A DNA stretch of 64,000 nucleotides from Bdellovibrionales bacterium (GTDB taxonomy: Bacteria > Bdellovibrionota > UBA1018 > CAIMNF01): assembly GCA_947372355.1 (NCBI GenBank), contig CANBTI010000005.1, forward strand, positions 103-64,102, given 5' to 3'. A program made the position numbers and the translations under genes. This document shows positions 48,481-56,466 of the stretch, one piece after another (within the stretch, counting starts at the first letter, position 1; each line of letters starts with the position of its first letter). The notes beneath the pieces are model-generated. The model did no database searches. It was not told where the DNA came from and worked only from the letters and a program-made list of their open reading frames with translations.

Positions 48481-50429
48481 AACTTAATTTTTACGCTAGT
48501 ACCCTCTCCCTCAGTGGATTCTAAGGATATTTCTCCCTGACTAAACTTTACCAGTCTTTCACAAATCGATAAACCTAAACCAGTGCCTGTTTCAAATGTA
48601 GTAAAAAAAGGCTGAAATACCTTCTTTTTAACATCTTCGGTCATGCCCACACCATTATCTTTAATGTAAAACCCAGAGTCTTCTAACCCTACTTCAATCA
48701 ACTTGGCCTGAGCTTTTAATGCATTTTGAATCAAATTCATTAGGATTTGCTGTATGTGATCGGCAACACCCAAAACCATAATGGGTTTTAAGCTGTGAGC
48801 TTCAAATTTAATCTCTGCTTGCTTACCATAAAATGTAGAAAGATTTTGAATGGAACGTTCAAGACATTCACCGAGGTTGAGTTCTTCCAACTGATCACCG
48901 GGCGCATTCGCGAATTCAAGAAACTGATTCACCAAGCGATTCAATCTTTGAACTTCATCTTGAATTACTTTTACCCAAGGATCAGAACTGGATGCAATGA
49001 GGTTGGTTGCCCCTTGAATAGCCCCTAGAGGATTGCGAACTTCATGTGCCAATCCTGCAGCCATTTCACCTAATAAAATCAGCCGATCCCGTTCACGGGC
49101 ATAATCAATTTGAGAAATCTTCACCGAGGTTTTTTCAACTTCCTGGAGCGCTTTAAATATTTTGGAATATAAACTATAGTCCTCGTGCCAATCATCAATA
49201 GAAACAGCAGCAGAAAGCATCACAAACATAATCGGAATAGGATGTTTGAGATCTGAAGAGTAAATAGGAAAAATCACATCTACTTCCATCAAATCTAAAT
49301 AGTTGAGAATCCCTTCAAGATTTTTTTGTAACTCACTCGTCACTACCTGATCTTTTTCCATCTGGATGAGCTCTCGATGAATGATCGGAATGAGTGAAGA
49401 ATTAGAGTTTCGATATAAATATTTCTCAACTGCTTCAGGAAGCTTCGTTGTTCTTTCTAATTCTAATACTTTTGTTTTGGAATTTGGAATCCAAATTAAA
49501 AATGATTTTTGAATCAACTCTTCCAGTTCATTTTTACTCGTGATGAAAGGAAGAGAGGTTAAAAATTTATTGAGTTGAAGTTCACCCAATTGGTTCTTAC
49601 CCACTAATAACTTTCTACCAAGAAAACGAAAAAATGAAATGAGCGGATTCCATAAAATCAACACCGCAAAAGTAAGTAAAAAGGAATTGAGAAAAAAGAG
49701 CGGAAAACTTTCACTCATGTATTGATAAAGAAGAGCGAAAAACCCGGTAATAACCAGGGAAAGAATCACGGTTGCGAAAAAACGGGTGGTGAGAGCCTGT
49801 ATACTCAAAATTTTCTGAGGCGATACCAATTGACTAATAAAGATTAAATAAATGGTGAGTAAAAGATTACCCAATGCTGGAATCGTGAAACCCAATTGAG
49901 GGATATGATCAAATGAACAGGTGATTAAACTCACTACTAACCCAAAATATAGCCCAATTCTTTTTGTGGGTGAAAAAAAGTCTACGCTCACAGGAACGCC
50001 TAAAAATAAATCTTTGGCCATCACGTACATAAATTCAAAAACAACAAAGACCGGCCAAAAGGAAACAATGTTCCAAAATACATCACCACTTCCGAGTGAA
50101 AAAGAAATCATCACACTTAAAATCAATGCACCAAAAACACTGATCCAGCGGAGCGACTTACTCACCCCATCCTCACGGGAAAGAATTTTTGAAAGGATGG
50201 TTACCCCCACCGGCACTAGCCAAACGTGAAAAATCCAATGAATATCTTTGGATAGCCTTCCAACCAACGTGGCGTAAGAAACAAAACTAAGTGCCCAGAT
50301 GGAAATGAATAAACAAAGTACGGTGAAGAGGATTGCTAGTTTTTGTTTCCAGTTTCTATAAAGGGTCCAAACGCCGATGGATAAACTGGCTAGCCCTAAA
50401 ATGAGCGATGTTTGCTTTAGAAGATTCAT
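48456..50429 (-). CDS. Membrane sensor histidine kinase with large N-terminal multi-pass TM sensor region
   Basis: About 9 predicted TM helices in first 300 aa; H-box MAAGLAHEVRNPLGAIQG; HATPase_c (GLGLSICERLVKFSQGEISLES); 25-nt overlap with downstream regulator. Confidence 0.8.
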   Translation of the reverse strand: MNLLKQTSLILGLASLSIGVWTLYRNWKQKLAILFTVLCLFISIWALSFVSYATLVGRLSKDIHWIFHVWLVPVGVTILSKILSREDGVSKSLRWISVFGALILSVMISFSLGSGDVFWNIVSFWPVFVVFEFMYVMAKDLFLGVPVSVDFFSPTKRIGLYFGLVVSLITCSFDHIPQLGFTIPALGNLLLTIYLIFISQLVSPQKILSIQALTTRFFATVILSLVITGFFALLYQYMSESFPLFFLNSFLLTFAVLILWNPLISFFRFLGRKLLVGKNQLGELQLNKFLTSLPFITSKNELEELIQKSFLIWIPNSKTKVLELERTTKLPEAVEKYLYRNSNSSLIPIIHRELIQMEKDQVVTSELQKNLEGILNYLDLMEVDVIFPIYSSDLKHPIPIMFVMLSAAVSIDDWHEDYSLYSKIFKALQEVEKTSVKISQIDYARERDRLILLGEMAAGLAHEVRNPLGAIQGATNLIASSSDPWVKVIQDEVQRLNRLVNQFLEFANAPGDQLEELNLGECLERSIQNLSTFYGKQAEIKFEAHSLKPIMVLGVADHIQQILMNLIQNALKAQAKLIEVGLEDSGFYIKDNGVGMTEDVKKKVFQPFFTTFETGTGLGLSICERLVKFSQGEISLESTEGEGTSVKIKLCVIKSSS

Positions 50430-50444
50430 CGCTTCACCATTCCC

Positions 50445-51104
50445 CTAGACTCCGAAAATAAGAAAAGTTACCCAAAGGGCGAGTCCGCTCACAATCGGAA
50501 TCGAAAAATTATCATCGATCTCTAAAGGAATCATCTCAGCCCCACCCCCAGCGAGTCCGCCGGCTAATGCAATCAGAATTGCAGGACCAGCTGGAATCGA
50601 GTTCATGAGCATCGTGATAAAAGTAATCACACAACAAATCCCCATTCCTGCTGCAGTTCCAATTAATGATTTACCATTAGAAAAACGGGGGCCCAAATCA
50701 CCCCAAAGAATTCCAAAAATTGAGGATATTGGATCCCCAAAGGCTAAATACAAAATTGATAAAATCGCGATCAATTTGGGGAAAATAATTACCGAAAGCA
50801 GTACAGAACCAACGTAAAATGGAGTTCCACTGATTCGATCTACCTCACTCTTACGCATGATCGGCCCCATCACCTTGATGGCAACGTTATTAAGGCCGGG
50901 TAAATTTAATCGCGCATATTCAATTCCCGTGAAGATCACGAATGCGATTAGCAAAATGGTGACTGCTTGGGGTTTAGTGATCCCTAATCCATAGATCAAG
51001 GCCATGGAAACACCCATTCCACAGTGCCAAAATTTACGGGCAAGGTGCAAATCATTACGAAGCTTTAATCGCCAAGGCGATGACATCTCTAGTTTTTCTT
51101 GCAT
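50445..51104 (-). CDS. Integral membrane protein (unknown; possibly lipid-modifying CTP-transferase/kinase-like fold), first gene of HK/RR operon
   Basis: 6-7 TM helices, Gly-rich C-terminal TM region; 16 nt upstream of HK. Confidence 0.5.
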   Translation of the reverse strand: MQEKLEMSSPWRLKLRNDLHLARKFWHCGMGVSMALIYGLGITKPQAVTILLIAFVIFTGIEYARLNLPGLNNVAIKVMGPIMRKSEVDRISGTPFYVGSVLLSVIIFPKLIAILSILYLAFGDPISSIFGILWGDLGPRFSNGKSLIGTAAGMGICCVITFITMLMNSIPAGPAILIALAGGLAGGGAEMIPLEIDDNFSIPIVSGLALWVTFLIFGV

Positions 51105-51139
51105 GCAGTGTTTAGTATACCCTATTCTTAATACTAATC

Positions 51140-52081
51140 ATGTGGAATCCATCATCTCAGAGACAGATTTGGGCAGTAGGAGGCGGTAAGGGCGGAGTAG
51201 GCAAGAGCCTCATTGCGTCTTCGATCGCTTATACCATTGCGCGTTTAGGCTTTCCAGTGATCGCTATCGATCTGGATTTGGGTGGAGCAAATCTTCACAC
51301 CGTTCTCGGACAACAGCCACCCCAAAAGTGTCTTTCTGATTTTTTATCTAATCCAAATATTTCACTCATGGATTGTGTAGTAGACACTCCCTATCCAAAT
51401 TTAAAAATGATTGCCGGTGCAAAAGATGATCTCAATATCACTCAACTCACCGAAGAAAAAAAATACCGTTTAATGCAGGAAATTCAGTATATTTCTGGTT
51501 ATTTTGTGGTGCTCGACTTAGGTGCTGGAATTAATCAATATACTTTAGATTTTTTTAATCTCGCGGATACAGGAATCATTACGGTGTTGCCTGAACCTAC
51601 TTCGATTGAAAATGCATATCGTTTTTTAAAGGCCGCTTATTATCAGCGCTTACTTAAAAATCCGATGCTAGAAAACATTCATCCTTTGATTGAAGCTGCA
51701 ATGACTCCAAATAATATTCATGGAATTCATTCTCCAACGGATCTGCTCAATGAAGTTTCTTTTCAAGATAAAATTCTTGCTGCAGACCTTAAAAAAGTGA
51801 TTAAAGAATTTCGCCCTAAGTTAATTTTGAACCAATCCAGGTCACAAACTGATATCGATGTTGGCTTTTCGATGAAGAGTGTCGCAAAAAAATATTTTGG
51901 TATTGATTTAGATTATCTAGGGTATCTTGAATATGAGCCAAATGTTTGGCAGTCGGTGAGACGAATGCGTCCGATACTGGCAGAATATCCAAATTCAAGG
52001 ATTGCACTTCATATGGAAAGAATTTGTAACTACTTAATCAGGCAAGCAAGAACAGGACAAACTCTCAATGCAGTTGAATGA
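51140..52081 (+). CDS. ParA/MinD-family P-loop ATPase
   Basis: Deviant Walker A AVGGGKGGVGKS; about 310 aa. Confidence 0.75.
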   Translation: MWNPSSQRQIWAVGGGKGGVGKSLIASSIAYTIARLGFPVIAIDLDLGGANLHTVLGQQPPQKCLSDFLSNPNISLMDCVVDTPYPNLKMIAGAKDDLNITQLTEEKKYRLMQEIQYISGYFVVLDLGAGINQYTLDFFNLADTGIITVLPEPTSIENAYRFLKAAYYQRLLKNPMLENIHPLIEAAMTPNNIHGIHSPTDLLNEVSFQDKILAADLKKVIKEFRPKLILNQSRSQTDIDVGFSMKSVAKKYFGIDLDYLGYLEYEPNVWQSVRRMRPILAEYPNSRIALHMERICNYLIRQARTGQTLNAVE

Positions 52082-52721
52082 TGAACCACTGAGTTATTAC
52101 GATACTCTTGAATTAACAGCGGATGCCACTCCTCAGGAAATTCGTTCAGCTTATCTCCGCTTAAAATCCTCATATTCTAAGGATAATGTTGCCAATTATT
52201 CAGTTTATACCCGCGAAGAAACGGATGAAATGCTGAAAAAAATTGAAGAGGCATATTTGATTCTTTCCAATCCCGAAAGAAGAAAAGCTTACGATTTATC
52301 TCACCAAGGTCATTCATCGGTAAGTTCTCAAGCCGAACACTCTTCCTTCCGCGCTGAAGCCGCCCCTACTCCAATCATGCCTTCTATTTCTGGAAGCATG
52401 AGCAGCACTCCTGAAGTAGATCCTTTTTTTGCTCATTCCGAAGCTGATAGCATTGCTTCGACAGAACAAGAATGGTCTGGCAGTTCCATTCGAAGAATTC
52501 GTGAATCAAAAAGAGTGACGATCGAAGATTTAGCCGATTATACCCGAATCTCAAAAAGCTATCTCATCGCACTCGAAGAAGAAAATTATCAAAAGCTTCC
52601 TGCAGTGGTTTATGTTCGAGGCTTTTTACAGCAAATTAGTAAACGATTAAAACTGCCAACAGAATTAGTGGTTCAAAAATACATTGAACGCTTGAAGACT
52701 GCACGTCCTGATAAGTTTTAA
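52068..52721 (+). CDS. J-like domain (HPD replaced) fused to RodZ-type HTH (XRE-like) domain
   Basis: N-term YYDTLELTADATPQEIRSAYLRLKSSYSKDNV...ILSNPERRKAYD = J-domain helices II-III with SKD in place of HPD; C-term IRRIRESKRVTIEDLADYTRISKSYLIALEEENYQKLPAVVYVRGFLQQ matches RodZ N-terminal HTH. Confidence 0.5.
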   Translation: MQLNDEPLSYYDTLELTADATPQEIRSAYLRLKSSYSKDNVANYSVYTREETDEMLKKIEEAYLILSNPERRKAYDLSHQGHSSVSSQAEHSSFRAEAAPTPIMPSISGSMSSTPEVDPFFAHSEADSIASTEQEWSGSSIRRIRESKRVTIEDLADYTRISKSYLIALEEENYQKLPAVVYVRGFLQQISKRLKLPTELVVQKYIERLKTARPDKF

Positions 52722-53719
52722 TGCAAGTTTTTACCCTCATTGCTGATTTAGAATCATCTGAACGAGCGGACAAATACCTTCACTCCTTATTTCAACAAAC
52801 AGAGGACCTCACCCACCTCTCCCGCTCACAAATTCAAAAACTACTAGAAAACGGCTCTATTTTAGTCAACAGCAAATCAATTGAAGGGAAATTTAAAATC
52901 CCATTGGGAGCTGAAATTACGGTAACGATTGCAGATCCCACCCCCCTTGAGGCACTTCCTGAAAATATTCCCATTCACATTTTATTTGAAGATGAAAACC
53001 TGATAGTGGTCAATAAACAACCCAATCTCACCGTTCATCCCTGCGATTCTCAAGCAAGTGGAACGCTGGTGAATGCATTATTATTTCATGTAAAAAACTT
53101 AAGTGGCATTGGTGGAAAGCTACGCCCAGGAATTGTTCACCGTATTGATAAAGATACGAGTGGAGCTCTCGTGATCACCAAAGACGATCTGACCCACCAA
53201 GGTTTATCAAAACTATTCTCCACCCATACGATCTCTCGTAAATATTGGGCCTTGGTTTACGGAGCCCCCAAGTGGGAAAATCAAACAGTGAAAACAACTC
53301 TGGGTCGGAGTCCGAGTGATCGAAAAAAAATGGCGGTAAATGTGGAGGGTGGTCGTGAAGCGATTTCCCATTTTCGACTCTTAGAAGAGTTTTTAATCCC
53401 TGGTAAAAATGCATATGCATCTCTTATTGAAGCAACCCTAGAAACGGGTCGCACGCATCAGGTTAGAGTTCATTTAAATCATCTTGGTCATTCACTTTTG
53501 GGTGATCCAATTTATGGCACGCCTTCTGATTCTCAGGCAAAGTGGAAATCGCTCCCCACACTAGTTCAAGCTGCTGTTCGAAAATTACCCGGACAAGCAC
53601 TTCATGCTAGAGAGCTAGGCTTTGTTCACCCCATCACTAAAAAAGAACTCCATTTTGAAGCAGCACCCTTTGAAGATTTTCAAAATTTAATCGATATTTT
53701 ACGTCAATTGAACAAATAA
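52721..53719 (+). CDS. rluD: Ribosomal large-subunit pseudouridine synthase (RluD/RluC, RluA family)
   Basis: S4-like N-domain, catalytic HRIDKDTSGALVI, RluA-family core. Confidence 0.8.
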   Translation: MQVFTLIADLESSERADKYLHSLFQQTEDLTHLSRSQIQKLLENGSILVNSKSIEGKFKIPLGAEITVTIADPTPLEALPENIPIHILFEDENLIVVNKQPNLTVHPCDSQASGTLVNALLFHVKNLSGIGGKLRPGIVHRIDKDTSGALVITKDDLTHQGLSKLFSTHTISRKYWALVYGAPKWENQTVKTTLGRSPSDRKKMAVNVEGGREAISHFRLLEEFLIPGKNAYASLIEATLETGRTHQVRVHLNHLGHSLLGDPIYGTPSDSQAKWKSLPTLVQAAVRKLPGQALHARELGFVHPITKKELHFEAAPFEDFQNLIDILRQLNK

Positions 53720-53723
53720 AAAA

Positions 53724-53750
53724 GGCCCGCTTGGTATTACCAGGCGAGCC
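53724..53750. terminator. Candidate bidirectional terminator between convergent rluD and lipoprotein gene
   Basis: ggcccgcttgg / ccaggcgagcc 11-bp stem (one mismatch, one G-U) flanked by A-run upstream and T-rich downstream. Confidence 0.4.
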
Positions 53751-53775
53751 TTATCGTTAATTTTATATTTATGAC

Positions 53776-55260
53776 TTATTCATCATTGCCACAATGTCCT
53801 GGCCCAACTTCACCATTATTATAATGGTCTAAAGTATCATGCCAGTTTGAAACATTATCTTTTTCGTTATCATCTAAGTTTTGCCAGTCATTTTGATTGT
53901 GATTGGAGAGGAATTGGTCACATTGGCTAATGATCGATGATACAGCTGATGTATCAGAGCCATGAGCTTTACTTAATTTAGCTGCAAGTAATTGTGCATA
54001 AAGTTTAGTAATTCCATTTGAAGACGATCCATAAACTTTTTGTCCAAGTACATCGATTGCTGTAGAAGTGGAAACAATGTTAAAAGACTTTGTTCCACCC
54101 ACTGTTCCTAGACATTGAACTAAGTTAGGAGTAACCGCAGCCATGTGATTTTTCCAATATCCAATTGTGTAAGTACAATTGTTTCCGCCAGTAGGGTAAG
54201 GAGTTGCTGTTGGAGTCGCAGTCGGTGCTGGAGTCGGAGTCGCAGTCGGTGCTGGAGTCGGAGTCGCAGTCGGAGTCGCAGTCGGAGTCGCAGTCGGTGC
54301 TGGAGTCGGAGTCGGTGCTCCGTATGGCAAGCAACCTTTGAATATATGATGATTATATTGACCTGCACCGTATGCAGATTGAGCAATAAAATGTCCATTC
54401 AATTGTCCTGATGGGAAAGTAACATCAGCAAATGGAGCCAAAATTGAACCTTCAAAAGAAATGTTTCCGATCCAGATTGATTGAGCGGTTGGAAAGTTAA
54501 ACACTACATGACTTTGATCTGTACCGTGCAATTCCATTGCAAAACTTGCAATCGTAATTGCAGAGCCTTTTACGTTGATCAATGCTGTTGAATCTGCAGG
54601 AATGGTTAAACTTAAAAATTGTGAACGTTCGAGATCATCCGTAGTCATAGTAAAAACGTTGATCACTGGATCAGTACCCACTAAAATAGTGTCGTGTCTT
54701 GAACTGATGTTTTCTAATGTCACCGTTGAATTAGAAACCAACCCACCTAAAGTAGTGGACATCGATTTTAAGTAGTCACCAGAATTTGCAAAACTAAGAG
54801 GGCTTACATGTTGAGTAAATCCACCAAAAGCAGACGTTGCGAATTTAGTTAAAGACCCACCATAAATAACCTTACCTTTATTTACAGCACCACTTTGAAA
54901 ATTTAAATCTCCATTAACGATGAGGTCTACTCGATTAGCATCTTCATCAAGAATTTCACCTACACTATAGTTTTGAATAGTTGCATTTCCGCCAACCGCT
55001 AATCTTCCTTCTGTATCCGAGCTTGGCGCTTCAAAATTACCTAGTGTAAAAACGTTGAAATCCCATGCATCTGATAAAGCTGCTTCATAACAAACACCGT
55101 AATTTGGCGTAATATGGGATGCCGATTGACTTAAATCAATGGAGTAAGATGGGTCAGTACCAGGAAGTACACATCCTGAAACAATGAACATCGTTCCTAA
55201 AATTAAAGAAACATTTTTAAAATTTTTATTAAACGAATTTTGTTTTCTCATAGATCTCAT
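53776..55260 (-). CDS. Lipoprotein with N-terminal choice-of-anchor-A-like domain, Pro/Thr/Ala repeat linker and Cys-containing C-terminal domain
   Basis: Lipobox IVSGC; DAWDFNVFTLGNFEAPSSDTEGRLAVGGNATIQNYSVG resembles choice-of-anchor A family; linker APTPTPAPTATPTATPTATPTPAPTATPTPAPTATPTATP. Confidence 0.6.
   Translation of the reverse strand: MRSMRKQNSFNKNFKNVSLILGTMFIVSGCVLPGTDPSYSIDLSQSASHITPNYGVCYEAALSDAWDFNVFTLGNFEAPSSDTEGRLAVGGNATIQNYSVGEILDEDANRVDLIVNGDLNFQSGAVNKGKVIYGGSLTKFATSAFGGFTQHVSPLSFANSGDYLKSMSTTLGGLVSNSTVTLENISSRHDTILVGTDPVINVFTMTTDDLERSQFLSLTIPADSTALINVKGSAITIASFAMELHGTDQSHVVFNFPTAQSIWIGNISFEGSILAPFADVTFPSGQLNGHFIAQSAYGAGQYNHHIFKGCLPYGAPTPTPAPTATPTATPTATPTPAPTATPTPAPTATPTATPYPTGGNNCTYTIGYWKNHMAAVTPNLVQCLGTVGGTKSFNIVSTSTAIDVLGQKVYGSSSNGITKLYAQLLAAKLSKAHGSDTSAVSSIISQCDQFLSNHNQNDWQNLDDNEKDNVSNWHDTLDHYNNGEVGPGHCGNDE
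54205..54320. repeat. Tandem 12-nt DNA repeats (gtcggagtcgca / gtcggtgctgga variants) encoding the PT(A) linker
   Basis: Near-perfect tandem units visible directly; spurious ORFs 54120..54398(-), 54125..54334(-), 54145..54411(+) arise from this repeat. Confidence 0.8.
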
Positions 55261-55272
55261 ACCTTAAATAAA

Positions 55273-55287
55273 GCAATTGCGGTGCCA
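55273..55287 (-). promoter_or_regulatory. Perfect-consensus sigma-54 -24/-12 promoter for the lipoprotein gene
   Basis: Minus-strand TGGCAC-cgcaa-TTGC (rc of GCAAttgcgGTGCCA). The -12 GC is only 13-14 nt from ATG 55260, which implies a leaderless or very short-leader mRNA, or the start at the in-frame ATG 55251. Confidence 0.65.
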
Positions 55288-55348
55288 AGCAATCTCCATC
55301 AATTCATGTTTATATTCATGAGTGTATTGAGCGACACTACTCAAACTA

Positions 55349-55386
55349 TTGACAGGATGATACTTTAGTTGACACATATAGTCAAC
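55349..55386 (+). promoter_or_regulatory. Direct TTGACA repeats and inverted repeat GTTGAC-N7-GTCAAC upstream of EPS-type operon (candidate operator/promoter)
   Basis: TTGACA at 55349-54 and 55369-74; palindrome agttgac-acatata-gtcaac at 55367-55386, 50-90 nt upstream of ATG 55438. Confidence 0.3.
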
Positions 55387-55437
55387 AACAAATGTGTAAG
55401 AATTCTTTAGCCATGCATCAATGATTTTAATTTTACT

Positions 55438-56466
55438 TTGCATGGCGCACCCAACCTCAGGTTTAATAGAAAAGTGATGAATTTGTTCATTGGATTATTT
55501 TTAGCTATTTTTATGGCATTTTTTACGCCCATTTCTGCTCAAGCAAAACCAACATGGTCTGCTTATGTGGCAGATTGGGGAAATATTTCAGATTCAACTG
55601 TTTTAATTGAAAATATACAAAACGTGGATACAGTTTGGCTGAGAATGTTTAGTGTTCTGCCGAACGGACACCTAGACACCAAGTGGAATCCTGCCGGCCC
55701 AGTTACACCAGTTTTACAAAAGTTGATGAAAATAAAGAATGGACCTCACTTTGGACCCATCATTCACAACGCCGGAGCGAATGGATTTTCACAAACATTC
55801 GGACGGCTCATTTTAAAATCTGCTGATCTATGGCTTCCTGAAATTTTAACACTCAAAAAAAAATGGAAATTTAATTCTCTTCAATTAGACATTGAAGAGA
55901 TGGACCCCGAAGATGCAATTCTATTCGAAGATACCGTCAAAAAAGTATCAATTTTTGCAAAAAAAAATAATCTCGATTTTTCGATCGCACTTCATGCACA
56001 AACAGAAAATATTCCTAAGAATGTTGGCGCTCGATTCCAGCGCTGGTCTGAATTAAAACAAATTCCAGTAAAAAAAATCGTCATGGGACTCGATTATTCA
56101 TGGGCCGGTGGAGAGCCGGGTCCGATTGCTCCAACCGAATGGCTTCAAAAAATTGTCGCTCATGCACTATTATTTTTTAAGCCTCAGGATTTGGTGGTTA
56201 CTTTACCATTGTATGGTTATCATTGGAGAAAAGGTAAACTCGGCGAATCTGCATTACCCGAAGAGTTTATCAGCAAAGTGACCCAAGATAAAAAATGGAA
56301 ACGAGATGTCATTCAAAATGAATCAGTTTATCGCAAAGAAGAAGAAGTTATCAGTTTTGAAAATACTGAATCCGTTCTTCAGAAAAAAACTGCCATCGAG
56401 AAATTGGGAATACACTCTTTTGCAATCTGGAGAGCCGGCGGCGAACTATCCAATCTCTATCGTTAA
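55438..56466 (+). CDS. Secreted GH18-like (chitinase-like TIM-barrel) glycoside hydrolase
   Basis: Signal peptide; GH18 landmarks in order: WSAYVADWG, IIHNAGANGFS (SxGG), NSLQLDIEEM (DxE catalytic), VMGLDYSWAG (MxYD), LPLYGYHW, FAIWRAGGE. Confidence 0.55.
   Translation: MHGAPNLRFNRKVMNLFIGLFLAIFMAFFTPISAQAKPTWSAYVADWGNISDSTVLIENIQNVDTVWLRMFSVLPNGHLDTKWNPAGPVTPVLQKLMKIKNGPHFGPIIHNAGANGFSQTFGRLILKSADLWLPEILTLKKKWKFNSLQLDIEEMDPEDAILFEDTVKKVSIFAKKNNLDFSIALHAQTENIPKNVGARFQRWSELKQIPVKKIVMGLDYSWAGGEPGPIAPTEWLQKIVAHALLFFKPQDLVVTLPLYGYHWRKGKLGESALPEEFISKVTQDKKWKRDVIQNESVYRKEEEVISFENTESVLQKKTAIEKLGIHSFAIWRAGGELSNLYR

Noticed and set aside
54120-54411. Spurious ORFs 54120..54398(-), 54125..54334(-), 54145..54411(+) and possible CRISPR-like array
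   Set aside because: They are alternative frames through the tandem 12-nt repeat encoding the PT linker of gene 53776..55260. Repeats are contiguous without spacers, so it is not a CRISPR array.
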